Shown here: positions 1 through 16,400 of the stretch, piece by piece
How the letters are laid out: each line of letters opens with the position of its first letter
Numbering within the stretch: the first letter of the stretch is position 1
DNA from: the human T2T-CHM13v2.0 reference genome, Homo sapiens
NCBI RefSeq assembly: GCF_009914755.1
Contig: NC_060937.1
Reading direction: 5' to 3' (one strand)
Length of the DNA stretch: 64,000 bases
The notes under the pieces: model-generated
What the model was told of the DNA's origin: nothing
Seen by the model: the letters and a program-made list of their open reading frames with translations, nothing else
Databases searched by the model: none
Made by a program: the position numbers and the translations under genes

Positions 1-227
1 TATATATTAGGTACATAAAATAAGAAAGTACATCAAATATAGATTATATACTGTACATAAAATATCAATGTACCCCAAATATATATTTTATACTCGACAT
101 GAAATATCAAAGTTCACAAACCATATAATATATACTGTACATAAAATATCAAAGTACCCAAGGTATATATTCTATACTGTACAAAAAATATCAAAGTACC
201 CAAAGCATGTATTATATACTGTACATA

Positions 228-269
228 AAATATGAAAGTACATCAAATATATATTTTATTCTGTACATA
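228..269 (+). repeat. Representative 42-bp monomer (type A)
   Basis: aaatatgaaagtacatcaaatatatattttattctgtacata; the next monomer starts at 270 in the same register. Confidence 0.95.
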
Positions 270-605
270 AAATATCAAAATACACCAGATATATATTCTA
301 TAGTGTACATAAAATATCAAAGTACCCAAACTATACATTACATACTGTACATAAAATATGAAATTACATCAAATATATATTATATTAGGTACATAAAATA
401 TGAAAGTACATCGAATATAGATTATATACTGTACATTAAATACCAAAGTACCCCAAATATATATTTTATACTGTACATGAAATATCAAAGTTCACAAACT
501 ATATATTATATACTGTACATATAATATCAAAGTACCCAAGGTATATATTCTATACTGTACAAAAAATATCAAAGTACCCAAAGCATGTATTATATACAGT
601 ACATA
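228..605 (+). repeat. Representative full-length 378-bp HOR (monomers A-I)
   Basis: Monomer A starts at 228 and recurs at 606 (378 bp = 9 x 42). The 126-aa period is visible in the long ORF translations. Confidence 0.95.
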
Positions 606-977
606 AAATATGAAAGTACATCAAATATATATTTTATTCTGTACATAAAATATCAAAGTACACCAGATATATATTCTATAGTGTACATAAAATAACAAAG
701 TACACAAACTATACATTATATACTGTACATAAAATATGAAATTACATCAAATATATATTAGTACATAAAATATGAAAGTACATCAAATATAGATTATATA
801 CTGTACATAAAATATCAATGTACCCCAAATATATATTTTATACTATACATGAAATATCAAAGTTCACAAACCATATATTGTATACTGTACATAAAATATC
901 AAAGTACCCAAGGTATATGTTCTATACTGTACAAAAAATATCAAAGTACCCAAAGCATGTATTATATACTGTACATA
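606..977 (+). repeat. Short HOR variant, 372 bp here (373 bp in most of the window)
   Basis: Monomer A at 606 and 978. Monomer D reads atatatattagtac instead of atatatattatattaggtac. Confidence 0.9.
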
Positions 978-1684
978 AAATATGAAAGTACATCAAATAT
1001 ATATTTTATTCCGTACATAAAATATCAAAGTACACCAGATATATATTCTATAGTGTACATAAAATATCAAAGTACCCAAACTATACATTATATACTGTAC
1101 ATAAAATATGAAAGTACAGCAAATATATATTATATTAGGTACATAAAATATGTAAGTACATAAAATATAGATTATATACTGTACATAAAATATCAAAGTA
1201 CCCCAAATATATATTATATACTGAACATGAAATATCAAAGTTCACAAACTATATATTATATACTGTACATAAAATATCAAAGTACCCAAGGTATATATTC
1301 TATAATGTACAAAATATATCAAAGTACCCAAAACGTGTATTATATACTGTATATAAAATATGAAATTACATCAAATATATATTTTATTCTGTACATAAAA
1401 TATCAGAGTACACCAGATATATATTCTATAGTGTACATAAAATATCAAAGTACCCAAACTATACATTATATACTGTACATAAAATATGAAATTAAATCAA
1501 ATATATATTATATTAGGTACATAAAATATGAAAGTACATCAAATATAGATTATATACTGTACATTAAATACCAAAGTACCCCAAATATATATTTTATACT
1601 GTACATGAAATATCAAAGTTCACAAACTCTATATTATATACTGTACATAAAATATCAAAGTACCTAAGGTATATATTCAATACT

Positions 1685-4600
1685 GTACAAAAAATATCAA
1701 AGTACCCAAAGCATGTATTATATACTGTACCTAAAATATGAAAATACATCAAATATATATTTTATTCTGTACATAAAATATCAAAGTACACCAGATATAT
1801 ATTCTATAGTGTACATAAAATATCAAAGTACCCAAACTATACATTATATACTGTACATAAAATATGAAATTACATCAAATATATATTATATTAGGTACAT
1901 AAAATATGAAAGTACATCAAATATAGATTATATACTGTACATTAAATACCAAAGTACCCCAAATATATATTTTATACTGTACATGAAATATCAAAGTTCA
2001 CAAACTATATATTATATACTGTACATATAATATCAAAGTACCCAAGGTATATATTCTATACTGTACAAAAAATATCAAAGTACCCAAAGCATGTATTATA
2101 TACTGTACATAAAATATGAAAGTACATCAAATATATATTTTATTCTGTACATAATATATCAAAGTACACCAGATATATATTCTATAGTGTACATAAAATA
2201 ACAAAGTACACAAACTATACATTATATACTGTACATAAAATATGAAATTACATCAAATATATATTAGTACATAAAATATGAAAGTACATCAAATATAGAT
2301 TATATACTGTACATAAAATATCAATGTACCCCAAATATATATTTTATACTATACATGAAATATCAAAGTTCACAAACCATATATTGTATACTGTACATAA
2401 AATATCAAAGTACCCAAGGTATATGTTCTATACTGTACAAAAAATATCAAAGTACCCAAAGCATGTATTATATACTGTACATAAAATATGAAAGTACATC
2501 AAATATATATTATATTAGGTACATAAAATATGTAAGTACATAAAATATAGATTATATACTGTACATAAAATATCAAAGTACCCCAAATATATATTATATA
2601 CTGAACATGAAATATCAAAGTTCACAAACTATATATTATATACTGTACATAAAATATCAAAGTACCCAAGGTATATATTCTATAATGTACAAAATATATC
2701 AAAGTACCCAAAACGTGTATTATATACTGTATATAAAATATGAAATTACATCAAATATATATTTTATTCTGTACATAAAATATCAGAGTACACCAGATAT
2801 ATATTCTATAGTGTACATAAAATATCAAAGTACCCAAACTATACATTATATACTGTACATAAAATATGAAATTAAATCAAATATATATTATATTAGGTAG
2901 ATAAAATATGAAAGTACATCAAATATAGATTATATACTGTACATTAAATACCAAAGTACCCCAAATATATATTTCATACTGTACATGAAATATCAAAGTT
3001 CACAAACTCTATATTATATACTGTACACAAAATATCAAAGTACCTAAGGTATATATTCAATACTGTACAAAAAATATCAAAGTACCCAAAGCATGTATTA
3101 TATACTGCACCTAAAATATGAAAATACATCAAATATATATTTTATTCTGTACATAAAATATCAAAGTACACCAGATATATATTCTATAGTGTACATAAAA
3201 TATCAAAGTACCCAAACTATACATTATATACTGTACATAAAATATGAAATTACATCAAATATATATTATATTAGGTACATAAAATATGAAAGTACATCAA
3301 ATATAGATTATATACTGTACATTAAATACCAAAGTACCCCAAATATATATTTTATACTGTACATGAAATATCAAAGTTCACAAACTATATATTATATACT
3401 GTACATATAATATCAAAGTACCCAAGGTATATATTCTATACTGTACAAAAAATATCAAAGTACCCAAAGCATGTATTATATACTGTACATAAAATATGAA
3501 AGTACATCAAATATATATTTTATTCTGTACATAATATATCAAAGTACACCAGATATATATTCTATAGTGTACATAAAATAACAAAGTACACAAACTATAC
3601 ATTATATACTGTACATAAAATATGAAATTACATCAAATATATATTAGTACATAAAATATGAAAGTACATCAAATATAGATTATATACTGTACATAAAATA
3701 TCAATGTACCCCAAATATATATTTTATACTATACCTGAAATATCAAAGTTCACAAACCATATATTGTATACTGTACATAAAATATCAAAGTACCCAAGGT
3801 ATATGTTCTATATTGTACAAAAAATATCAAAGTACCCAAAGCATGTATTATATACTGTACCTAAAATATGAAAATACATCAAATATATATTTTATTCTGT
3901 ACATAAAATATCAAAGTACACCAGATATATATTCTATAGTGTACATAAAATATCAAAGTACCCAAACTATACATTATATACTGTACATAAAATATGAAAT
4001 TACATCAAATATATATTATATTAGGTACATAAAATATGAAAGTACATCAAATATAGATTATATACTGTACATTAAATACCAAAGTACCCCAAATATATAT
4101 TTTATACTGTACATGAAATATCAAAGTTCACAAACTATATATTATATACTGTACATATAATATCAAAGTACCCAAGGTATATATTCTATACTGTACAAAA
4201 AATATCAAAGTACCCAAAGCATGTATTATATACTGTACATAAAATATGAAAGTACATCAAATATATATTTTATTCTGTACATAATATATCAAAGTACACC
4301 AGATATATATTCTATAGTGTACATAAAATAACAAAGTACACAAACTATACATTATATACTGTACATAAAATATGAAATTACATCAAATATATATTAGTAC
4401 ATAAAATATGAAAGTACATCAAATATAGATTATATACTGTACATAAAATATCAATGTACCCCAAATATATATTTTATACTATACATGAAATATCAAAGTT
4501 CACAAACCATATATTGTATACTGTACATAAAATATCAAAGTACCCAAGGTATATGTTCTATACTGTACAAAAAATATCAAAGTACCCAAAGCATGTATTA

Positions 4601-6380
4601 TATACTGTACCTAATATATGAAAGTACATCAAATATATATTATATTAGGTACATAAAATATGTAAGTACATAAAATATAGATTATATACTGTACATAAAA
4701 TATCAAAGTACCCCAAATATATATTATATACTGAACATGAAATATCAAAGTTCACAAACTATATATTATATACTGTACATAAAATATCAAAGTACCCAAG
4801 GTATATATTCTATAATGTACAAAATATATCAAAGTACCCAAAACGTGTATTATATACTGTATATAAAATATGAAATTACATCAAATATATATTTTATTCT
4901 GTACATAAAATATCAGAGTACACCAGATATATATTCTATAGTGTACATAAAATATCAAAGTACCCAAACTATACATTATATACTGTACATAAAATATGAA
5001 ATTAAATCAAATATATATTATATTAGGTACATAAAATATGAAAGTACATCAAATATAGATTATATACTGTACATTAAATACCAAAGTACCCCAAATATAT
5101 ATTTCATACTGTACATGAAATATCAAAGTTCACAAACTCTATATTATATACTGTACACAAAATATCAAAGTACCTAAGGTATATATTCAATACTGTACAA
5201 AAAATATCAAAGTACCCAAAGCATGTATTATATACTGCACCTAAAATATGAAAATACATCAAATATATATTTTATTCTGTACATAAAATATCAAAGTACA
5301 CCAGATATATATTCTATAGTGTACATAAAATATCAAAGTACCCAAACTATACATTATATACTGTACATAAAATATGAAATTACATCAAATATATATTATA
5401 TTAGGTACATAAAATATGAAAGTACATCAAATATAGATTATATACTGTACATTAAATACCAAAGTACCCCAAATATATATTTTATACTGTACATGAAATA
5501 TCAAAGTTCACAAACTATATATTATATACTGTACATATAATATCAAAGTACCCAAGGTATATATTCTATACTGTACAAAAAATATCAAAGTACCCAAAGC
5601 ATGTATTATATACTGTACATAAAATATGAAAGTACATCAAATATATATTTTATTCTGTACATAATATATCAAAGTACACCAGATATATATTCTATAGTGT
5701 ACATAAAATAACAAAGTACACAAACTATACATTATATACTGTACATAAAATATGAAATTACATCAAATATATATTAGTACATAAAATATGAAAGTACATC
5801 AAATATAGATTATATACTGTACATAAAATATCAATGTACCCCAAATATATATTTTATACTATACCTGAAATATCAAAGTTCACAAACCATATATTGTATA
5901 CTGTACATAAAATATCAAAGTACCCAAGGTATATGTTCTATATTGTACAAAAAATATCAAAGTACCCAAAGCATGTATTATATACTGTACCTAAAATATG
6001 AAAATACATCAAATATATATTTTATTCTGTACATAAAATATCAAAGTACACCAGATATATATTCTATAGTGTACATAAAATATCAAAGTACCCAAACTAT
6101 ACATTATATACTGTACATAAAATATGAAATTACATCAAATATATATTATATTAGGTACATAAAATATGAAAGTACATCAAATATAGATTATATACTGTAC
6201 ATTAAATACCAAAGTACCCCAAATATATATTTTATACTGTACATGAAATATCAAAGTTCACAAACTATATATTATATACTGTACATATAATATCAAAGTA
6301 CCCAAGGTATATATTCTATACTGTACAAAAAATATCAAAGTACCCAAAGCATGTATTATATACTGTACATAAAATATGAA
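1685..6380 (+). repeat. Near-identical 2130-bp tandem duplication (~2.2 copies)
   Basis: Rare variants repeat at exactly +2130: atttcatact 2971/5101, ctgtacacaa 3021/5151, tatactgcac 3101/5231, atacctgaaa 3731/5861, tattgtacaa 3811/5941. ORF offsets 2355/4485, 2607/4737, 3093/5223, 3813/5943. Confidence 0.9.
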
Positions 6381-9300
6381 ATTACATCAAATATATATTA
6401 GGTACATAAAATATGAAAGTACATCAAATATAGATTATATACTGTACATATAATATCAATGTACCCCAAATATATATTTTATACTCTACATGAAATATCA
6501 AAGTTCACAAACCATACATTATATACCGTACATAAAATATCAAAGTACCCAAGGTATATATTCTATACTGTACAAAAAATATCAAAGTACCCAAAGCATG
6601 TATTTTATACTGTACATAAAATATGAAAGTACATCAAATATATATTTTATTCTGTACATAAAATATCAAAGTACACCAGATATATATTCTATAGTGTACA
6701 TAAAATATCAAAGTACCCAAACTATTTATTATATACTGTACATAAAATATGAAATTACATCAAATATATATTATATAAGGTACATGAAATATGAAAGTAC
6801 ATCAAATATAGATTATATACTGTACATAAAATACCAAAGTACCCCAAATATATATTTTATACTGTACATGAAATATCAAAGTTCATACACTATATATTAT
6901 ATACTGTACATAAAATATCAAAGTACCCAAGGTATATATTCTATACTGTACAAAAAATATCAAAGTACCCAAATCATGTATTATATATTGTACATAAAAT
7001 ATGAAAGTACATCAAATATATATTTTATTCTGTACATAAAATATCAAAGTACACCAGATATATATTCTATACTGTACATAAAATAACAAAGTACGCAAAC
7101 TATAAATTATATACTATACATAAAATATGAAATTACATCAAATATATATTAGGTACATAAAATATGAAAGTACATCAAATATAGAATATACTGTACATAT
7201 AATATCAATGTACCCCAAATATATATTTTATACTCTACATGAAATATCAAAGTTCACAAACCATAGATTATATACTGTACATAAAATATCAAAGTACCCA
7301 AGGTATATATTCTATACTGTACAAAAAATATCAAAGTACCCAAAGCATGTATTTTATACTGTACATAAAATATGAAATTACATCAAATATATATTTTATT
7401 CTGTACATAAAATATCAAAGTACACCAGATATATATTCTATAGTGTACATAAAATATCAAAGTACCCAAACTATTTATCATATACTGTACATAAAATATG
7501 AAATTACATCAAATATATATTATATTACGTACATAAAATATGAAAGTACATCAAATATAGATTATATACTGTACATAAAATACCAAAGTACCCCAAATAT
7601 ATATTTTATACTGTACATGAAATATCAAAGTTCACACACTATATATTATATACTGTACATAAAATATCAAACTACCCAAGGTATATATTCTATACTGTAC
7701 AAAAAATATCAAAGTACCCAAATCATGTATTATATATTGTACATAAAATATGAAAGTACATCAAATATATATTTTATTCTGTACATAAAATATCAAAGTA
7801 CACCAGATATATATTCTATAGTGTACATAAAATATCAAAGTACCCAAACTATACATTATATACTGTACATAAAATATGAAATTACATCAAATATATATTA
7901 TATTAGGTACATAAAATATGAAAGTACATCAAATATAGATTATATACTGTACATAAAATATCAAATTACCCCAAATATATATTATATACTCTACATGAAA
8001 TATCAAAGTTCACAAACCATACATTATATACTGTACATAAAATATCAAAGTACCCAAGGTATATATTCTATACTGTACAAAAAATATCAAAGTACCCAAA
8101 GCATGTATTATATACTGTATATAAAATATGAAAGTACATTAAATATATATTTTATTCTGTACATAAAATATCAAAGTACACCAGATATATATTCTATAGT
8201 GTACATAAAATAACAAAGTACACAAACTATAAATTATATACTGTACATAAAATATGAAATTACATCAAATATATATTAGGTACATAAAATATGAAAGTAC
8301 ATCAAATATAGATTATATGCTGTACATAAAATATCAATGTACCCCAAATATATATTTTATACTCTACATGAAGTATCAAAGTTCACAAACCATATATTAT
8401 ATAATGTACATAAAATATCAAAGTACCCAAGGTATATATTCTATACTGTACAAAAAATATCAAATTACCCAAAGCATTGATTATATACTGTACATAAAAT
8501 ATGAAAGTACATCAAATATATATTTTATTCTGTACATAAAATATCAAAGTACACCAGATATATATTCTATAGTGTACATAAAATATCAAAGTACCCAAAC
8601 TATACATTATACACTGTACATAAAATATGAAATTACATCAAATATATATTATATTAGGTACATAAAATATGAAAGTACATCAAATATAGATTATATACTG
8701 TACATAAAATACCAAAGTACCTCAAATATATATTTTATACTGTACATGAAATATCAAAGTTCACACACTATATATTATATACTGTACATAAAATATCAAA
8801 GTACCCAAGGTATATATTCTATACTGTACAAAAAATATCAAAGTACCCAAAGTATGTATTATATACTTTACATAAAATATGAAAGTACATCAAATATATA
8901 TTTTATACTGTACATAAAATATCAAAGTACACCAGATATATATTCTATAGTGTACATAAAATATCAAAGTACCCAAACGATACATTATATGCTGTACATA
9001 AAATATGAAAGTACATCAAATATATATTATATTAGGTACATAAAATATGAAATTACATCAAATATAGATTATATACTGTACATAAAATATCAAAGTGCCC
9101 CAAATATATATTATATACTCTACATGAAATATCAAAGTTCACAAACTATATATTATATACTGTACATAAAATATCAAAGTACCCAAGGTATATATTCTAT
9201 ACTGTACAAAAAATATCAAAGTATCCAAAGCATGTATTATATACTGTATATAAAATATGAAAGTACATTAAATATATATTTTATTCTCTACATAAAATAT

Positions 9301-12300
9301 CAAAGTACACCAGATATATATTCTATAGTGTACATAAAATAACAAAGTACACAAACTATAAATTATATACTGTACATAAAATATGAAATTACATCAAATA
9401 TATATTAGGTACATAATATATGAAAGTACATCAAATATAGATTATATACTGTACATATAATATAAATGTACCCCAAATATATATTTTATACTCTACATGA
9501 AGTATCAAAGTTCACAAACCATATATTATATAATGTACATAAAATATCAAAGTACCCAAGGTATATATTCTATACTGTACAAAAAATATCAAATTACCCA
9601 AAGAATTTATTATATACTGTACATAAAATATGAAAGTACATCAAATATATATTTTATTCTGTACATAAAATATCAAAGTACACCAGATATATATTCTATA
9701 GTGTACATAAAATATCAAAGTACCCAAACTATACATTATACACTGTACATAAAATATGAAATTACATCAAATATATATTATATTAGGTACATAAAATATG
9801 AAAGTACATCAAATATAGATTATATACTGTACATAAAATACCAAAGTACCTCAAATATATATTTTATACTGTACATGAAATATCAAAGTTCACACACTAT
9901 ATATTATATACTGTACATAAAATACCAAAGTACCCAAGGTATATATTCTATACAGTACAAAAGATATCAAAGTACCCAAAGCATGTATTATATACTGTAC
10001 ATAAAATATGAAAGTACATCAAATATATATTTTATTCTGTACATAAAATATCAAAGTACACCAGATATATATTCTATAGTGTACATAAAATATCAAAGTA
10101 CCCAAACTATTTATTATATACTGTACATAAAATATGAAATTACATCAAATATATATTATATTAGGTACATAAAATATGAAAGTACATCAAATATAGATTA
10201 TATGCTGTACATTAAATACCAAAGTACCCCAAATATATATTTTATACTGTACATGAAATATCAAAGTTCACAAACTATATATTATATACTGTACATAAAA
10301 TATCAAAGTACCCAAGGTATATATTCTATACTGTACAAAAAATATCAAAGTACCCAAAGCACGTATTATATACTGTACATAAAATATGAAAGTACATCAT
10401 ATATATTTTATTCTGTACATAAAATATCAAAGTACACCAGATATATATTCTATAGTGTACATAAAATATCAAAGTACCCAAACTATACATTATATACTGT
10501 ACATAAAATATGAAATTACATCAAATATATATTAAGTACATAAAATATGAAAGTACATCAAATATAGATTATATACTGTACATAAAATATCAATGTACCC
10601 CAAATATATATTTTATACTCTACATGAAATATCAAATTTCACAAACCATATATTACATACTGTACCTAAAATATCAAAGTACCCAAGGTATATATTCTAT
10701 ACTGTACAAAAAATATCAAAGTACCCAAAGCATGTATTATATATTGTACATAAAATATGAAAGTACATCAAATATATATTTTATTCTGTACATAAAATAT
10801 CAAAGTACACCAGATATATATTCTATAGTGTACATAAAATATCAAAGTACCCAAACTATACATTATATACTGTACATAAAATATGAAATTACATCAAATA
10901 TATTTTATATTAGGTACATAAAATATGAAAGTACATCAAATATAGATTATATACTGTACATGAAATACCAAAGTACCCCAAATATATATTTTATACGGTA
11001 CATGAAATATCAAAGTTCACAAACTATATATTATATACTGTATATAAAATATCAAAGTACCCAAGGTATATATTCTATACTGTACAAAAAATATCAAAGT
11101 ACCCAAAGCATGTATTATATACTGTACATAAAATATGAAAGTACATCAAATATATATTTTATTCTCTACATAAAATAATAAAGTACACCAGATATATATT
11201 CTATAGTGTACATAAAATATCAAAGTACCCAAACTATACATTATATACTGTACATAAAATATGAGATTACATCAAATTTATATTAGGTACATAAAATATG
11301 AAAGTACATCAAATATAGATTATATACTGTACATAAAATATCAAAGTACTCCAAATATATATTATATACTCTACATGAAATATCAAAGTTCACAAACTAT
11401 ATATTATATACTGTACATAAAATATCAAAGTACCCAAGGTATATATTCTATACTGTACAAAAAATATCAAAGTACCCAAAGCATGTATTATATACTGTAT
11501 ATAAAATATGAAAGTACATGAAATATATATTTTATTCTGTACATAAAATATCAAATTACACCAGATATATATTCTATAGTGTACATAAAATAACAAAGTA
11601 CACAAACTATAAATTATATACTGTACATAAAATATGAAATTACATCAAATATATATTAGGTACATAAAATATGAAAGTACATAAATATAGATTATATACT
11701 GTACATAAAATATCAATGTACCCCAAATATATATTTTATACTCTACATGAAATATCAAAGTTCACAAACCATATATTGTATACTGTACATAAAATATCAA
11801 AGTACCCAAGGTATGTATTCTATACTGTACAAAAAATATCAAAGTACCCAAAGCATGTATTATATACTGTACATAAAATATGAAAGTACATCAAATATAT
11901 ATTTTATTCTGTACATAAAATATCAAAGTACACCAGATATATATTCTATAGTGTACATAAAATATCAAAGTACCCAAACTATACATTATATACTGTACAT
12001 AAAATATGAAATTACATCAAATATATATTATATTAGGTCCATAAAATATGAAAGTACATCAAATATAGATTATATACTGTACATAAAATATCAAAGTACC
12101 CCAAATATATATTATATACTCTACATGAAATATCAAAGTTCACAAACTATATATTATATACTGTACATAAAATAAAGTACCCAAGGTACATATTCTATAC
12201 TGTACAAAAAATACCAAAGTACCCAAAGCATGTATTATATACTGTATATAAAATATGAAAGTACATCAAATATATATTTTATTCTGTACATAAAATATCA

Positions 12301-13499
12301 AAGTACACCAGATATATATTCTATAGTGTACATAAAATAACAAAGTACAAAAACTCTGAATTATATACTGTACATAAAATATGAAATTACATCAAATATA
12401 TATTAGGTACATAAAATATGAAAGTACATCAAATATAGATTATATACTGTACATAAAATATCAATGTACCCCAAATATATATTTTATACTCTACATGAAA
12501 TATCAAACTTCACAAACCATATATTATATACTGTACATAAAATATTAAAGTACCCAAGGTATATATTCTATACTATACAAAAAATATCAAAGTACCCAAA
12601 GCATGTATTATATACTGTACATAAAATATGAAAGTACATTAAATATATATTTTATTCTGTACATAAAATATCAAAGTACACCAGATATATATTCTATAGT
12701 ATACATAAAATATCAAAGTACCCACACTATACATTATATACTGTACATAAAATATGAAATTACATCAAATATATTTTATATTAGGTACATAAAATATGAA
12801 AGTACATCAAATATAGATTATATACTGTACATTAAATACCAAAGTACCCCAAATATATATTTTATACTGTACATGAAATATCAAAGTTCACAAACTATAT
12901 ATTATATACTGTACATATAATATCAAAGTACCCAAGGTATATATTCTATACTGTACAAAAAATAACAAAGTACCAAAAGCATGTATTATATACTGTACCT
13001 AAAATATGAAAGTACATCAAATATATATTTTATTCTGTACATAAAATATCAAAGTATACCAGATATATATTCTATAGTGTACATAAAATAACAAAGTACA
13101 CAAACTATAAATTATATACTGTACATAAAATATGAAATTACATCAAATATATATTAGGTACATAAAATATGAAAGTACATCAAATATAGATTATATACTG
13201 TACATAAAATATCAAAGTACCCCAAATATATATTATATACTCTACATGAAATATCAAAGTTCACAAACTATATATTATATACTGTACATAAAATATCAAA
13301 TACCCAAGGTATATATTCTATACTGCACAAAAAAATCAAAGTACCCAAAGCATGTATTATATACTGTATATAAAATATGAAAGTACATCAAATATATATT
13401 TTATTCTCTACATAATATATCAAAGTACACCAGATATATATTCTATAGTGTACATAAAATAACAAAGTACACAAACTATAAATTATATACTGTACATAA

Positions 13500-16400
13500 A
13501 ATATGAAATTACATCAAATATATATTAGGTACATAAAATATGAAAGTACATCAAATATAGATTATATACTGTACATAAAATATCAATGTACCCCAAATAT
13601 ATATTTTATACTCTACATGAAATATCAAAGTTCACAAACCATATATTGTATACTGTACATAAAATATCAAAGTACCCAATGTATGTATTCTATACTGTAC
13701 AAAAAATATCAAAGTACCCAAAGCATGTATTATATACTGTACATAAAATATGAAAGTACATCAAATATATATTTTATTCTGTACATAAAATATCAAAGTA
13801 CACAAGATATATATTCTATAGTGTACATAAAATATCAAAGTACCCAAACTATACATTATATACTGTACATAAAATATGAAATTACATCAAATATATATTA
13901 TATTAGGTCCATAAAATATGAAAGTACATCAAATATAGATTATATACTGTACATAAAATATCAAAGTACCCCAAATATATATTATATACTCTACATGAAA
14001 TATCAAAGTTCACAAACTATATATTATATACTGTACATAAAATAAAGTACCCAAGGTACATATTCTATACTGTACAAAAAATATCAAAGTACCCAAAGCA
14101 TGTATTATATACTGTATATAAAATATGAAAGTACATCAAATATATATTTTATACTGTACATAAAATATCAAAGTACACCAGATATATATTCTATAGTGTA
14201 CATAAAATAACAAAGTACAAAAACTATAAATTATATACTGTACGTAAAATATGAAATTACATCAAATATATATTAGGTACATAAAATATGAAAGTACATC
14301 AAATATAGATTATATACTGTACATAAAATATCAATGTACCCCAAATATATATTTTATACTCTACATGAAATATCAAACTTCACAAACCATATATTATATA
14401 CTGTACATAAAATATTAAAGTACCCAAGGTATATATTCTATACTGTACGAAAAATATCAAAGTACCCAAAGCATGTTTTATATACTGTACATAAAATGTG
14501 AAAGTACATCAAATATATATTTTATTCTGTACATAAAATATCAAAGTACACCAGATATATATTCTATAGTGTACATAAAATAACAAAGTACACAAACTAT
14601 ACATTATATACTGTACATAAAATATGAAATTACATGAAATATATATTAGGTACATAAAATATGAAAGTACATCAAATATAGATTATATACTGTACATTAA
14701 ATACCAAAGTACCCCAAATATATATTTTATACTGTACATGAAATATCAAAGTTCACAAACCATATATTATATACTGTACATAAAATATCAAAGTACCCAA
14801 GGTATATATTCTATACTGTACAAAAAATATCAAAGTACCCAAAGCATGTTTTATATACTGTACATAAAATGTGAAAGTACATCAAATATATATTTTATTC
14901 TGTACATAAAATATCAAAGTACAACAGATATATATTCTATAGTGTACATAAAATATCAAAGTACCCAAACTATACATTATATACTATACATAAAATATGA
15001 AATTACATCAAATATATATTATATTAGGTACATAAAATATGAAAGTACATCAAATATAGATTATATACTGTACACTAAATACCAAAGTAACCCAAATATA
15101 TATTTTATACTGTACATGAAATATCAAAGTTCACAAACTATATATTATATACTGTACATAAAATATCAAAGTACCCAACGTATATATTCTATACTATACA
15201 AAAAATATCAAAGTACCCAAAGCATGTATTATATACTGTACCTAAAATATGAAAGTACATCAAATATATATTTTATTCTGTACATAAAATATCAAAGTAC
15301 ACCTGATATATATTCTATAGTGTACATAAAATATCAAAGTACCCAAACTATACATTATATACTGTACATAAAATAAGAAATTACACAAATATATATTATA
15401 TTAGGTACATAAAATATGAAAGTATATCAAATATAGATTATATACTGTACATAAAATATCAAAGTACCCCAAATATATATTATATACTCTACATGAAATA
15501 TCAAAGTTCACAAACCATATATTATATACTGTACATAAAATAAAGTACCCAAGGTATATATTCTATACTGTAGAAAAAATATCAAAGTACCCAATCATGT
15601 ATTATATACTGTATATAAAATATGAAAGTACATCAAATATATATTTTATTCTGTACATAAAATATCAAAGTACACCAGATATATATTCTATAGTGTACAT
15701 AAAATAACAAAGTACAAAAACTATAAATTATATACTGTACATAAAATATGAAATTACTTCAAATATATATTAGGTACATAAAATATGAAAGTACATCAAA
15801 TATAGATTATATACTGTACATAAAATATCAATGTACCCCAAATATATATTTTATACTCTACATGAAATATCAAAGATCACAAACCATATATTATATACTG
15901 TATATAAAATATCAAAGTACCCAAGGTATATATTCTATACTATACAAAAAATATCAAAGTACCCAAAGCATGTATTATATACTGTACATAAAATATGAAA
16001 GTACATCAAATATATATTTTATTCTGTACATAAAATATCAAAGTACACCAGATATATATTCTATAGTGTACATAAAATATCAAAGTACCCAAACTATACA
16101 TTATATACTGTACATAAAATATGAAATTACATCAAATATATTTTATATTAGGTACATAAAATATGAAAGTACATCAAATATAGATTATATACTGTACATT
16201 AAATACCAAAGTACCCCAAATATATATTTTATACTGTACATGAAATATCAAAGTTCACAAACTATGTATTATATACTGTACATATAATATCAAAGTACCC
16301 AAGGTATATATTTTATACTTTACAAAAAATATCAAAGTACCAAAAGCATGTATTACATACTGTACATAAAATATGAAAGTACATCAAATATATATTTTAT

